A stretch of 48,832 bases of DNA, filler included, from Bipalium vagum (lineage: Eukaryota), in assembly GCA_037834085.1 (NCBI GenBank). It is 3 parts of 3 records of this genome, joined end to end, with 100 filler letters (N's around TTAATTAATTAA, not from the genome) between each part and the next. Parts side by side here need not be neighbours in the genome. Positions count along the whole stretch, not along the records: positions 16,339 to 32,090 come from JBBMKC010147760.1; positions 32,191 to 48,832 come from JBBMKC010100775.1; 1 more part is not named here. One strand, written 5' to 3'. The notes beneath the pieces were generated by a model. That model was not told the DNA's origin. It searched no databases and worked only from the letters and a program-made list of their open reading frames with translations. The position numbers and the translations under genes are program-made. Below are positions 27,000 to 39,700 of the stretch, piece after piece (position 1 is the first letter of the stretch; each line of letters opens with the position of its first letter).

Positions 27000-27548
27000 T
27001 AATCCCAAGATGCCAATCCAGTCCAAAGGTTAATGTTTGGGTGGGCATTTCGATGTCACGTCTTCATAAAATATCAATGATTTTAATCTAGAGATGCTTA
27101 AATCTTACTTCATGCTACAACTTCGTCCAAGAACAATATCGAAAATAATTTTTCAACAGGATGTAGCACCTGATCATTTACACGCTGCAGGTTATAAATT
27201 TTTTGAACAGCACATTTCTCGGAAAGTAAATTTAAGATGTTGACCACTCAATTGGACTACGAGATCACCAGCCTTTTGACGAATGGATTTCTTTCTTTTG
27301 GATTATCTAAAGACAAAGGTTTAGTCCAATGAAACTCCAAGACCTGAAATATTTAATTGAAAAAGATGGGGCTAAAATCAACTCGAAATGTGTGAAAATG
27401 TTCATTTTAAAATCGTTTACAAACTTTTATCAATGTTAATGGATGTTCAAAAGAAAAATATTAAATAACTGTTATTGTGTAAAAAATTTGCAGTATTATT
27501 TCAAATATATTTATATTTTAGAATCTGAGTTAATTTTAAAACACCCTG
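27000..27548 (+). mobile_element. Degenerate Tc1/mariner (rosa-like) 3' fragment
   Basis: IFQQDVAP...WTTRSPAF*RMDFFLLDYLKTKV resembles FQQDGAP...WPPRSPDLTPxDFFLWGYLK. The right end ...TTTTAAAACACCCTG-TA is a CAGGGTG-type TIR. Confidence 0.55.
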
Positions 27549-28235
27549 TATTAACTATGTAATACAATGTATATGACATTGAATAATACGGAAAAAATGT
27601 TCGATATTTTTTAATTTTGATTTTGGGTTCACCTTTATAAAAAATATAATTATAATTTTCGATAGCGGAAACCATTTCGAATTAATTTCCAAAGAAAAAC
27701 TTTATATTTCTTAAATTTAAAAATCAATAAAATAAACAATGAACAATATTAGATATTTCTAATGTAAATCGTAAAAAATAATGAAAAACTATTCTACTAC
27801 AAATATTTTTATGCAATATTTTAAGGAAATTATTCAATTATTCCTTCAAACTTGTAGGTAAATATTTTAATGAATTATTCCAGTAGAATTTAAAATAGAT
27901 AGAAGTTATTGACTAATTCTTTAAAAGCTGTAAAACTTTTTATAGAAAACTAAAATTTTAGATTCATTTTCAGTCAATAGTAATATTATTTATTAAAATA
28001 GACAAATAAGTATAATATTATGGATATGCATAAGTTCAGATCGTTTTAAGACGAATATTTTTTAATAACAGTACATTCAATCTAAAATATTTTAAGTCAT
28101 TATTCACAACTTTTCCCCATCTTTCAGGTAAAAGATAGATACATCGATGAAAAAATTCTTTGTTCTTGGATTAAATGAAGTTGCAACTCTTAAATATTCC
28201 AAATTCTTGTTTCCGAAAGACTGTACAACGAAATA

Positions 28236-29410
28236 CATTACCGTCGGAAAGTATTTGTATAACTTTACTTAAGTGTAAATTTGAACTCTAACAACTCTTA
28301 CAAAAAAGCAATAAAAGTTAAGATTTTTTCAAAACATATTTATTGATAATTTCAAAATATAGTAACATAAGAAAAATTTTAAATAACTAATTAAGCATTA
28401 AACCGAAGCTTCATCTATGTAACATCCTTGTTTTTCAATGATCATCCGGCATAGCTTTGGCATCCTTTCTAATAAATTTCCTAAGGTATCTGGTTTAATT
28501 TTTACCCATTCCTTTTGGAGTTTCTGCCTCAGATCCTTCTGTGTATTTGGGCAGGTTTTTCTAACACTTCGGTCCAATTCATCCCACAGTAACTCTATAG
28601 GATTAAGGTTAGGTGATTGATGGCGCCAGATCATTATTTTTTATGATATTTTTCTTTTCCATCTTTTCAAATAATCCTAACATAGTTTGGCTTTATGTTT
28701 TGGATCATTGTTCTGTTGAAAAGTGAAATTATTGCCGATAATTCTTAGTCCAGAAGGAATGGAGTTACTTTATAGTATATTTTTATAGCCTTGTTTGAAT
28801 AGTTTCAAATCAAATTTGATTAGATCTCCTAATGATGGACCACCAAAACAACCCCAAATCATAACAGATCCTTCTCCGTGCTTCCTAGTTAGGATTATGC
28901 ATTGATCTGAGAACCTCTCACCAGTAGGCCTGCGAACAAATACACGGCTTCTTGATCCAAAAACTTCAAACTTCGATTCATTCGACCAAAGTACCTGACA
29001 TCAGTCTTCGGATGACCAGTTTTGGTGTTCCCTGGTAATGGTTTCCTATCGAAAATTCTTCCAAATAGGCTGGCCTTATGAAGCCGGTTTTTTTACCGTT
29101 GTTACGCTAATACCTCTTTCTCGGGCATGGTTTATTTGAGAGGCAATTTCTGGTGCCGTTAGACGTCTATTACGCTTGCTCGTGATTATAATTCTACGGT
29201 CTTCTGTATCAGTAATTTTTCTTGGTCGTCCAGCTCTTTCATTGTTCTTAATAATGTCGGTATCATTGTATTTCTTTATTATAGCACTGAATGTTGTAAT
29301 GCCATAATTTTAACTTTCTGCCAATTTGACGAGCAGTGATATATCAATTTTATGTTGTGAAATAATCATACACCTTTTCTCCACCGAAATCTCATTAGTT
29401 TTAAACATAC
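28236..29410 (-). mobile_element. Tc1 (DD34E-type) transposase pseudogene
   Basis: Minus-strand motifs LWSNESKF, KHGEGSVMIWGCF, FTFQQNNDPKHKAK, QSPNLNPIELLWDELDR...RMPKLC. Start near 29408. Stops and frameshifts; the first two catalytic Asp are mutated to Asn. Confidence 0.85.
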
Positions 29411-30233
29411 CTTAAATTTTTTTATATATTAAAATTATTAAACAAAATTAAATTATTAAAAAAATTTTACTTATTTTAAAATTCCAACTTAGACTAAAAA
29501 CAAAAATGAACTAATTAAAAAATTGGCTTTTTAACTAAGTTATATTAACAGTAATTTAAAAATATTAATTTAACTTTACTTGCTTTAATTATATCCAAAT
29601 AAAATGATAAAGTTTTTAGAAATATTTTTAGCTAAATTTTATAAAAATTAAAATGTAGAAATTCATATTTTAAAATTTATTATCTTTGTTTTCTATCGTT
29701 ATCTATATGTAAGGGTCCTAATAAATTTACAATTACAATTGATTTTTAAAGAAAACATTTGGCCAATTTCAACACGTCGCATATCATCATATATGTCGAG
29801 AAACTGAGAACTGATTTACCTAAATTATTCTGCAACATTTTTTAGAACTTAATTCTTATACTATTGAAGATTTTCATGGCATTACTTATCTATCACACTA
29901 AAGTCAGCACTTGAAAAAATGTCAGAAATAAGATAATTTTCCAAGAAAGAAACAATTTAAGTTAACCACATTTTCTGAAATTTTTCCATATCGAAAATCA
30001 CAAAGGAAATTAAGATATTCACCTTATCGGTTGTCATAAAAACAGAAAAGATTTTTAAACACTTAAGTTCAATTTCAATAAACAATTTCAAAAATGGATT
30101 TTTTAAAAAATTTGTTTATTTACATTTTTATAAAAACTTCACTGTTTTCTTGTTTTGATTTCGAAACAATTGATCTTAGGATATAATTTTACTGAAAGTA
30201 AATAAATAATTCTACATCAACATTTATCTTAAT

Positions 30234-30925
30234 TTATAAAATCGATATAAAATATCTACATCCGTTGATAGTTTGACATTGATTGTGACTTTTAATGAAT
30301 AAATTAAGAAAATTACCATCAAAATCATTGATTTTAGTATGCTGATGAACCATGTTTGATAAAAAGTTATTTGACTGAATATTGGTATTGATCTAGAAGC
30401 GAGTTTAAGCGTACACGTAATTAAGAAAACGGTAACATTGACAAACATTGTTCATTTGAAAAGTTTGTGGATGTTTCATTAAAGCAGCTGATTGGAACAC
30501 CTTGTTATGTTGGATTAGTTGGTTCTGTTGATATTGCTGCAAAAGTTGAGACTGGTGATATTTAAATTGATTATTGAGCATCAATGGCAGACCTGGTGGC
30601 GCCTGGATAGTTGGGATAAATTTATTATAATTAACTGGTAAATGATTTGATGGACCACCAATCAATGAATTCGGATTGCAAAAATTAAACGATTCATTGT
30701 ACGATCGTTTATTTTCAATGTCAGTCAGCCAATTTACTACTTTAGAATTATCTTGATTCGAGTTGAATAAACCACCGGATAAAAGATTATTTAAGCTGGA
30801 ATCAAAGGAATTCGATGTTTCAAGTGTTGCAGACTTCGATGGTGTTACCTCATCTACTTGTTGCGCATTTACGGAAATCATATTTTTCTCAATCTCTTCA
30901 AGAGTAGGTATTCCATTTAGCAACG
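30234..30925 (-). CDS. 3' exons of an N/Q/S/P-rich low-complexity protein with a TLEEIE helical motif (4E-T/Pat1-like P-body protein?); 5' part not visible
   Basis: Exon 30447-30925 (acceptor tttttctag, donor GTTTGT), 54-nt intron, terminal exon 30234-30392 in frame to TAA. A 172-codon open frame is unlikely by chance in DNA this AT-rich. The product identity is a guess. Confidence 0.55.
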
Positions 30926-31129
30926 CTAGAAAAAGGAATCATTAATATTAATGGAGGAAGAAATATTGAAAGTCATTCAAAAATACGTTCTTTAGTTTTA
31001 TTCCATATATATAATAATATGGAATATATAATATGAATAATATATATATATATAGGTTGAGTAAAAATATATATATTATTCACAAGACTAGATATATATA
31101 TTATGTGTAGCAGTTAATTTTGAGGATAT

Positions 31130-32086
31130 TTTAAAATGTAAATACTTATTTCTTATATCCTTTCTTTTTTTCTTACCTTTCCCCACCTTTTAGGTAACGA
31201 ATGAATTCCATGAAAGAAAATCTCTGACTCCTTTGATGAAATCCAGTTTTGGAGATCTTCAAGGGAACTGAATCGCTCCCCGGAAAGTGCTGATTTCAAA
31301 GAGCAGAACAAATGGTGATCCGAATAGGTGAATAGAGGTGGTTAGGTAAGACTTCTCACTTCGTACCTTCTAAGTAATTATTTACAACTGAATTAACGTG
31401 TGGTCTTTCTTTATCATGTAAAATTATCTTTTCGTGTCTATTCATCCCTTCCGGTCGTTTTTCATTCAAAGCTTGCTTCAAACTAATTAATTGTGATCGA
31501 TAAAGTTCACCAGTTTGTGTTTGAGAAGATTTTAAAAACTCATAATAGATCACTCCTTTCTGATCCCACCAGATACACAACATAACTTTCAAACCGTGAA
31601 CATTTTGTTTCGGTGTTGATCCAATGCCACTTGGCAAGCTGCTTTCCGTTTTGGATTGTCATAACGAATCCATTTTTCGTTTCCTATGATAATTCGATGC
31701 AAAATCCCTTTCCTTTTTTGTTTCTGAAGAAGGACATCACAAATTGTTTTAGCCGTTCAATGCATCCTTCTGTCAATTCATGCGGCATCCATTTTCCTAA
31801 TTTTCGAATAATTACTAAAGCTGCCAGACGTTTTGAAATGCATTGTTGAGTCAAATTTAATGCAGCTTCCCATTTTATGTCTTCCCATGCTTCTTGTCGT
31901 TCGTATTATATTGGTCATTTCTAAAACGGTAAAAACAATATTTACATGTGGTCAAAGAAGGAATAGAAGGAAACCTCCATAGGTATCTCGAAGCAAGCGG
32001 TACGTTTCCGCCTCAGTTTTCTTGGCAATAAAGTAATGTAGAATTACTTCCCGCAAATTTCGTTTATTTGGGATGAATATTGACAT
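31130..32086 (-). mobile_element. Mos1-like mariner transposase pseudogene abutting the gap
   Basis: MSIFIPNKRNLREVILHYFIAKKTEAETYRLL from ATG 32086; WMPHELTE; RKGFCIELS; STPKQNVHGLKVMLCIWWDQKGVIYYEFL...KIILHDKERPH. Confidence 0.88.
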
Positions 32087-32090
32087 TTTG

Positions 32091-32190
32091 NNNNNNNNNN
32101 NNNNNNNNNNNNNNNNNNNNNNNNNNNNNNNNNNTTAATTAATTAANNNNNNNNNNNNNNNNNNNNNNNNNNNNNNNNNNNNNNNNNNNN
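32091..32190. other. Assembly gap (44 N + TTAATTAATTAA + 44 N)
   Basis: Seen directly. Confidence 0.98.
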
Positions 32191-33735
32191 AAAGTCTCAA
32201 ATCTCAATCCAACATCAATTAATGACCTAAAAATGAAAATTAATCAAGTGTGGAGAAATGATATCTCACTTGACTATTGCAAACATTTATTTGAGTCAGA
32301 ACCTAATCATATTGCGACAGTCATTAAAGCTAAAGTACAAAATATAACATATTTTTTTATAATCTTCATTCATGATAAATGTTGTACATAATATTATATT
32401 AATATATACATTTTTTGGAATTAATAAGTACAATAGGAATTTACATTTTTTTGAAGTTGTTCTCAGACTTTTGACGGGGACTGTATGAGTATTTAATTTT
32501 AAAATCATAATTTAAATTATAATAATATAAATAAAGTCAATCCCTGAAAATAAAAATTTAACAATTTCTTCATTTTAAATATTATAAGTATAATAATATT
32601 ACAGTTTAAATCAATAATTAAATAATTACATTTTATAATTATGAATTAAAAATATGAAAATTCAAGAACGCGACAATTTTTCAGAAACTTCCTTGTAGAA
32701 TATTTAGAAAATAATGATATTGAAATAAAAATGAAAATGAAAGAAAACAATACAAATATAATAATAATATAAAATAAAATTCAAAAAAGAAATAATAAAA
32801 CAATTAAAAAAAAGTAAATTAAAATTATATTTTGATAAATTTTTGAGAAGTCAAATTTGAAATGTCTTGATATTTATAACAAAGAAGGATAAAACAAATA
32901 ATAATGAAATAAAATAAACACGTAAATAAATTTTTTTGAATTTAATTATTGACTTTTAAAGTATTTATAAATATTTAATCAATAATAATCAAATCATCAA
33001 TTATTTTTATTATTATCATTTAAATTCTCAAATTTTAGTCAAAAACTAATATTACTATACTAAAAAATCTTTAGCCACAATCCAGTTGTCACTGATCTTC
33101 AATGGGTTTGATGGCAGCCTGAAAATTACCATTTCACGATCTATTCAACTATAGCCTACCTTTAAGGTCCTCTTAAATATTAAACTTCACCAATCGACGT
33201 CTATCAGTTCATTCTTCAATAATTCACTTATCAAAGACGTTAAAATAATATTTTTTTGAGTTTCACCAAAAGCTTAAAATAACAAATAGATTTCCTCCTT
33301 AAAAAGCTGTTTCATATGAAAATAATATTATCGAATTAATCAATGAAATTTGTTAATTCAAAATAAGAAAATCATTAGAAAGGTGTTCAAAATTAAATAC
33401 ATACAAAGAGAACTAGTACGTAACAAGAAAATTAATTAATAAAATCAATACAATTTATTTTAAACACAAAAATTCGAAAAATGTTCAAAGAAATTAAACT
33501 ATCACAACATTTTATTTTAGTTTCATTATTTCTTTTAAAATTTATTGATTTCATTTAATAATTGATTTAACTTCTTATTTTATTTTCTCATTAAAATTTT
33601 AAAAATTTAATTTTAAGAGAGATTTATTAATTTTAAATATTTTTATTTAAGCATTTAATGATCCTAAAATTAAGAATTCACGAAGTATGATAATAATTCC
33701 TTATAATAATGATAGAAATAAAACAGTAGTATCAC

Positions 33736-36700
33736 CTTATAGCAGCCCGCACCAATAACACTTGGAACCATGCTCTTGCCACATGAGTGGACAAGCCATT
33801 TGCGACTCAAGGGGAAACATGACGACCTAGGTCCGAACTCCTGGAGAAGGAAATTGTTGTGGCTATCTGTAAAACATGTGTAAAAAAGACCGTTGAAAAA
33901 ATATTGCAAAAACCCACCCTGATTGTTCCTGGTCTCGGAACACTGAGTGGTTCGAGAAACGTGATCTCCTTTGTACCAGTTGAATTCCTAATTTTATAAA
34001 AAGACATGTCATAAATGCAAAGTTTGATGAAGATGGCGTATCTATTTTTTTCTTTCTTTTCGCTAGATGAATGTTTTTCATGTTTTTTTTCAAACTAAAA
34101 ACCTTTACCAAGACGAAAAGGAAGAGAAAATGTACCCACAAGTAATGCAGTCCGTGTCTCACTTGTGGATAAGGACAGTAATTGGCGACGGTGCTCTTTC
34201 CGCCAAAAAAAGCCGATTGGAAAATCTGATCATCAGTTAAATATCGATACTGAGGTTCCAAGGGGTAAGGGTGCTTCTCCAAGTTACAATAGGCGTAAGC
34301 ATGTTTGTCTGCACTACAAAACCCGGCTAATTCTTTGTCGGCACTGTTAATGACAGTGCAGAATGGCTCAACACTCAATCCTCTACATGAAATGAAAACC
34401 ATGGTAACGTTTGTGTTCAGTGTCAATTATTATATTTGTTGTTATTATTAATAGTAACATAAAAATACAAACTATCAAGCAAAATAATAATAATTACCGG
34501 GTGCGGAATAAAAATCGCCACTTTTTGCAAAACAAATTTCAACCAAGAATTACGAAGAAATATTTTTATTTATATAAAATAGAACAAATATCATTATAAA
34601 TAATGAAGATAAATATATACAGATTTTGTTTATCCAATTAATCCACCATTATTTTGAATAATTTTTTCAATTCTAGTTCGGATTCCTTGGCATGTCGCCA
34701 CAATGGATTCTTCGGATAATTCCTCCCAGACTTTGATTAAACTGACCTTGAGAGCATATATGTTGACATGTGACTTTAGACTGAAAATTCACGCAGATAG
34801 AAAAATCCAAGGGATTGATATCTGGAGAATTAGGAGACCACATATCCTTTTGCGAGAAATTCGGCATATTTTTCTCATGCCAGTTCTGAGTCTTTTTGGA
34901 TGTATGACATGGGCATCCATATTGGGTGAACACAGCTGGATAGTCAGAATGGTAGTTTGAGTCAATCCAAGGTTTGACATCATTCTCAAGTATTTGAATA
35001 TAAGCATCTGCATTCATTTTTTCGTTTTCTACATGAAAGCAGGTGAAATTTTTTTGCCATCTGATGCAACCAGACTTGGCTTGGATATTTTGTTTTAAAT
35101 ATGTTTGATATTATCAAAAATTTGCTGTGTTCCACCTTTTACAATATATCTATCATTCCTGCTGTTTGAGGTAGGGTCAACAGTGAATATCTTCTCATCA
35201 GAAAACAAGATAATGTGCGTACCTTTCTTCAAAATTGAAAGTATACATTTACATCTTGGTTTCTTTATTCATTGTTGTTTGTAGAGGCCGTGAAGTTCTA
35301 TTAAGAGATCTAACACCAATATCATATTTTATGAGGTTTCCATAGATTTTTCGACCATGTCATTGGCCATCTGTCTCATGGACCTGACAGGATTTTTCTT
35401 TATTCTGACTTTCACTGTATTGATGGTAAAGGGTTTACGCTTGGATCTAGGTCTTCCACTACCAGGCTGTCGTTCTAGGGTTCCTTTTACCTTGAAACAT
35501 ACTTGGACACGAAAAACTGTTGCTCGGTGTACTCCAAGACCTTGTGAAATTTTATCTGATCTTTTTCCAGCGTTCAAAAGATCAATAATCCTTTGATTTT
35601 TCCTCAATATCATTTTACTGTATAAATAAAAATCAGTTTTTATTTTACTGATGAGTACTAGACAAAAAATACTTCTAAATATATATGACTAACAAAGGAC
35701 AAAATTATTGGTGTCAAAACGAAATGATATTTAACAATCGCAATTTGTATTCTGCACCCAGTATAAGTATTGATAAAAATAAATAATTACCAGTTTAAAA
35801 ATTCGCACATGAAATCAAAGGAGGTACTTTATTTTTTAGCATTTAAAGAAGAAAGAAATTGATTATGATTTTTTTTTCTAGAAAAAGAATTTTCTTTTTC
35901 GTTACCGTTTAAATGATACAGAAATCTTCTGATGATCAGCGTCTGCAATGAGCGTGAATTGAATTTTCGAAGAAAGCTTAAGTTTATTGAAGATGATCGC
36001 CGTTTCAAAAGACTTTCCATGATAAATGATAAAGAAAGAGGTCGAAAAAGTGAAGTTTGTGTTCCAAAGCTACCAAGTAGTGAGTTCTCATTGTAAGCTT
36101 TTTACTGGGGAACAGAGATGGATATTTCAATACCACAAAGAAACCAGATGATAAGCAAATGAATGGTGGATAACAAATAAACGGAAACGGAAAAGGGTTT
36201 TTCAAAGATCCCGTGATAATTGTCATTCGGTTGTCGTGATATAGTTCACCATAAATTATTAGGCATAGAAATAAATTCCCATCATTTTTTTAACGAAAAA
36301 TAAGTTTATTTAAAAGTAACAAAACATTTATTTCAGTCAAAATATTTGCCGTTGGTAGCTACAACTTTTGACCATCTTTCGGGCAAATAAGTGGAAATGA
36401 GATGGCGTTGGGTCTGTTGAGCACGATGGATGAGATAGAAACTCTCAACTAAGTCCTTTTGATGTTTCTTTAACTGGTTTTGCAAAATGTGGTCTGATAT
36501 TATGGTGTTGCAAAGTGATCTGATCATGTCTTAAGCCATTGTGGTCTCTTGGTACTTACTGATCGACTTAAATCGAGTAATTTCTGCTGATATCGATCAC
36601 CAGTTACAGTTTCGGATAGTTTGAGAATAATGGTACAATACTCTCATTAGGTCCAGATACAAAGTATTATTTAACTTCTGTTCGTCCATCTTTTTACTGT

Positions 36701-39700
36701 CAATGTTGATGGTTGTTTGGGCATTGTCATCACCGGTTATAATTCGATCTAAAATGAGTGCCTTGTAAGTAATACTTCGCAAACAGTTTTGCAATTTTCT
36801 TGTTGCCTTTCGGTCAAATCATATTGTATCCATTTTCCATACTTTTGGATCATTCTCAATGCGTGCATCCATTGACCTTTCAACTCTCGATGCCTGTGCT
36901 ATTTCTTCAAGCGTTCGGCATGAGTCTCCTTTGATAATTCCTCGTAAATCACATCTTCAAACTATTTTGTCTTCGACACTAAAGTCACCTATCTTAAATC
37001 GTCGATACCATTCTCGGCATGTTGCCGTAAACTTTTGTTATTAATCAGTATCGGCTGTTGATTTCTTTAAATTTTAGCAAAATAATAATGATTCCAGCAA
37101 ATACTGTTTATTTGGTCTATGATTTTGTGTATTCGCTAAAATAAATAAGATATTTAATCAATTAAAACAAATACTAACTATTGATATTTAATAATTATAT
37201 TACAATATCACTTTTTAGTTTTATTTTCAATGACAAATAAACAACATTTATAATAATAATTAATCTATAAAAAAATAAGAGAACTAATATCCATACCTAA
37301 TATTATTTTCATTATTGTTATTTATTACTTTCTTTTCCACTCACCAATAAGGCTAATAATAGAAAAAATCAATCATAAAAGATCAAACCTAGCTGTGCGA
37401 TGTTGGATGTATTCATAGCAGCTCATTTCGAGGAAGTCGCATCCTAAGTTTTTACCCCAAGACATGCAATCAGCTAAATCGTAATTGGGAATGTACCAAC
37501 TAAATCGGAAAATTAAATGAAAAAATGACATAGTTAAAAGAAAAAATTGTGACAAATTTAACAAGATAAAACAATTACCCCGTGTCGTACATGAGGGCTA
37601 AGGTGATCCGCGACACTCGAGCTTCTTGGGTAAAGGTTGCCGTCATTATATCATTCTAATTAACAAAATTATATTTTCAAAAATAGAAAAATCGATAAAA
37701 ATTTTTCCAGTAATGATAATTATTTCATTCAATTTTCAATCGATTCCAAGATGGATTTTTTATAAAATCAATCAACACAATAAAAATCGAAACACAATTC
37801 TGTTTTGTTAAATTTTGTTTCGAAAAACGCGATGAGGAAAAAATTGTAAAAATTATACCCGGTAAAATTGCTTAATCAATAATGTCCCGTTTTGCCTTTG
37901 AAATTTATCTCAAAAGTATTACCAATTATGTTTCGTGAATTGAATTGAATCCTTATTAAAGTAGGAATATATTTTAATTCCGATTATTATCGATTAATAA
38001 ATGAATTTGTTTATTTTTCATAAGAAATAAAACGATAATGATTATAAACGGAATTCTTTTAAAAATTAAAAAATCAATAACGAAAATTAAAACCAATTAT
38101 TAAAACACCTCCAGAATCCGTTTCTCCCAATGAGTCAATGAAACGCCCAATCCGCCCTGATCTTCCAGCTCGACACCCATCAATGTGGAACAGTTGAAAT
38201 ATTCACGTGCTTCCTTGACAACGGTTGGCAGTACAACAAGAGTAACATTTTTCAGAAAGAATCCAGCAGCACTTTGCCATCGACGAATCGTAGACCGCGT
38301 TACTCGATTGCTCCACATGTAAATGTTGCTTCGATCGTTCAGGAATCCCAGATCTGGACGACCAGTCAAACTGTTCCGGGGTGTGTACGGAACGCCATTG
38401 CTGTCTCGATAGAATGCGAATTGGGTGACGGCAAATCCCAGAGCATGCAGCAATTCATGTTTAGCAATGAAAAGCGATTGAGACAAATGACCGAAATCAC
38501 TGCTCAATCGACCCGGACAAAAATTTATCGATCCGGCAATCGGTCTAGAAAATCGAAATTTATTTACAAGTATATTGGCTCATTTCAAATAGTAATTTTA
38601 ATGATTTTATTTATACTTTTATTATTATTATTATTTATTATTACTATTATTATATTAATAAATTTTTATTATTTTTTATGTATATTTTTAATATTTAAAT
38701 TCGTGTTATAATTGATTTTTAAAAATATTTAATATAACATTATGTAGGCAAAAAAATCCAGAAAAAACCTGTCTAAACGTGCTTCTGATTGACATGAAGA
38801 AGCGTATGCAAGCACAGAAGAATCTTCACACTTCCGAGTTTGGCGGGACTCAATATACAAAATAAAGTCTGTATTGTTCACACCTCCACCCTCGTAACCG
38901 ACCCTTACCAATTGTGAGTCCAAAATTCGTCGACATCCCTGTACCAGAAAAGATAAAACTGTGTCATGACACAATCCACACTCCCACAAACCAAATCCAG
39001 AAGATATAAATAAAAAATTGAAAAAACAATATTGTTCGATAAATAAGAATATGGGATAGTTAAATAGTAAATAAAAATTCTTGTCTTACAATAAAATCGA
39101 TTTATGATAAAAAATAAATATAACTTATTAAATACCATCAGATGATTGATTGGAACCTCCACATCGCCACACATCGTTTTCGGCGCACATCCGTCCACAC
39201 AATAATAGGAAAACACACCGCTTATTTTGACAAATGCCAACCGATTTGTGACGCATTTCCTGAAGAGAATGAAATAATAATAATAATAATATTCAGTCAA
39301 TCATTGTTTATTTTTTTATCGCAATAAATATAATAATTATTATCAACAATTTATAATAAAAAAACGATTATCATTATAATTAATATTCTTTTATAATTTT
39401 TAAAAACTTTTCTATAATAATTGTAATAAAATAATTATTTTATTATTATTAATTTCCAAAAGAATTGTTCCTCAAGTTATTTATTACTTAGAATTATATA
39501 TAATTAATGTTATTAAATAAAATAAAATTTATGTATTTAATCTTAGTGACATTCACTTTTAAACGATTTTTAAAAATTTTATCAAACCAAATATTTTTAA
39601 AAAAAACGAGTTTCGATTATTGAACAATTTTGAATGCCGATGGTTCTATATCGATTTCAACTTAAGTTTAACGAATAAAAATATTATCATGCTATCATAA

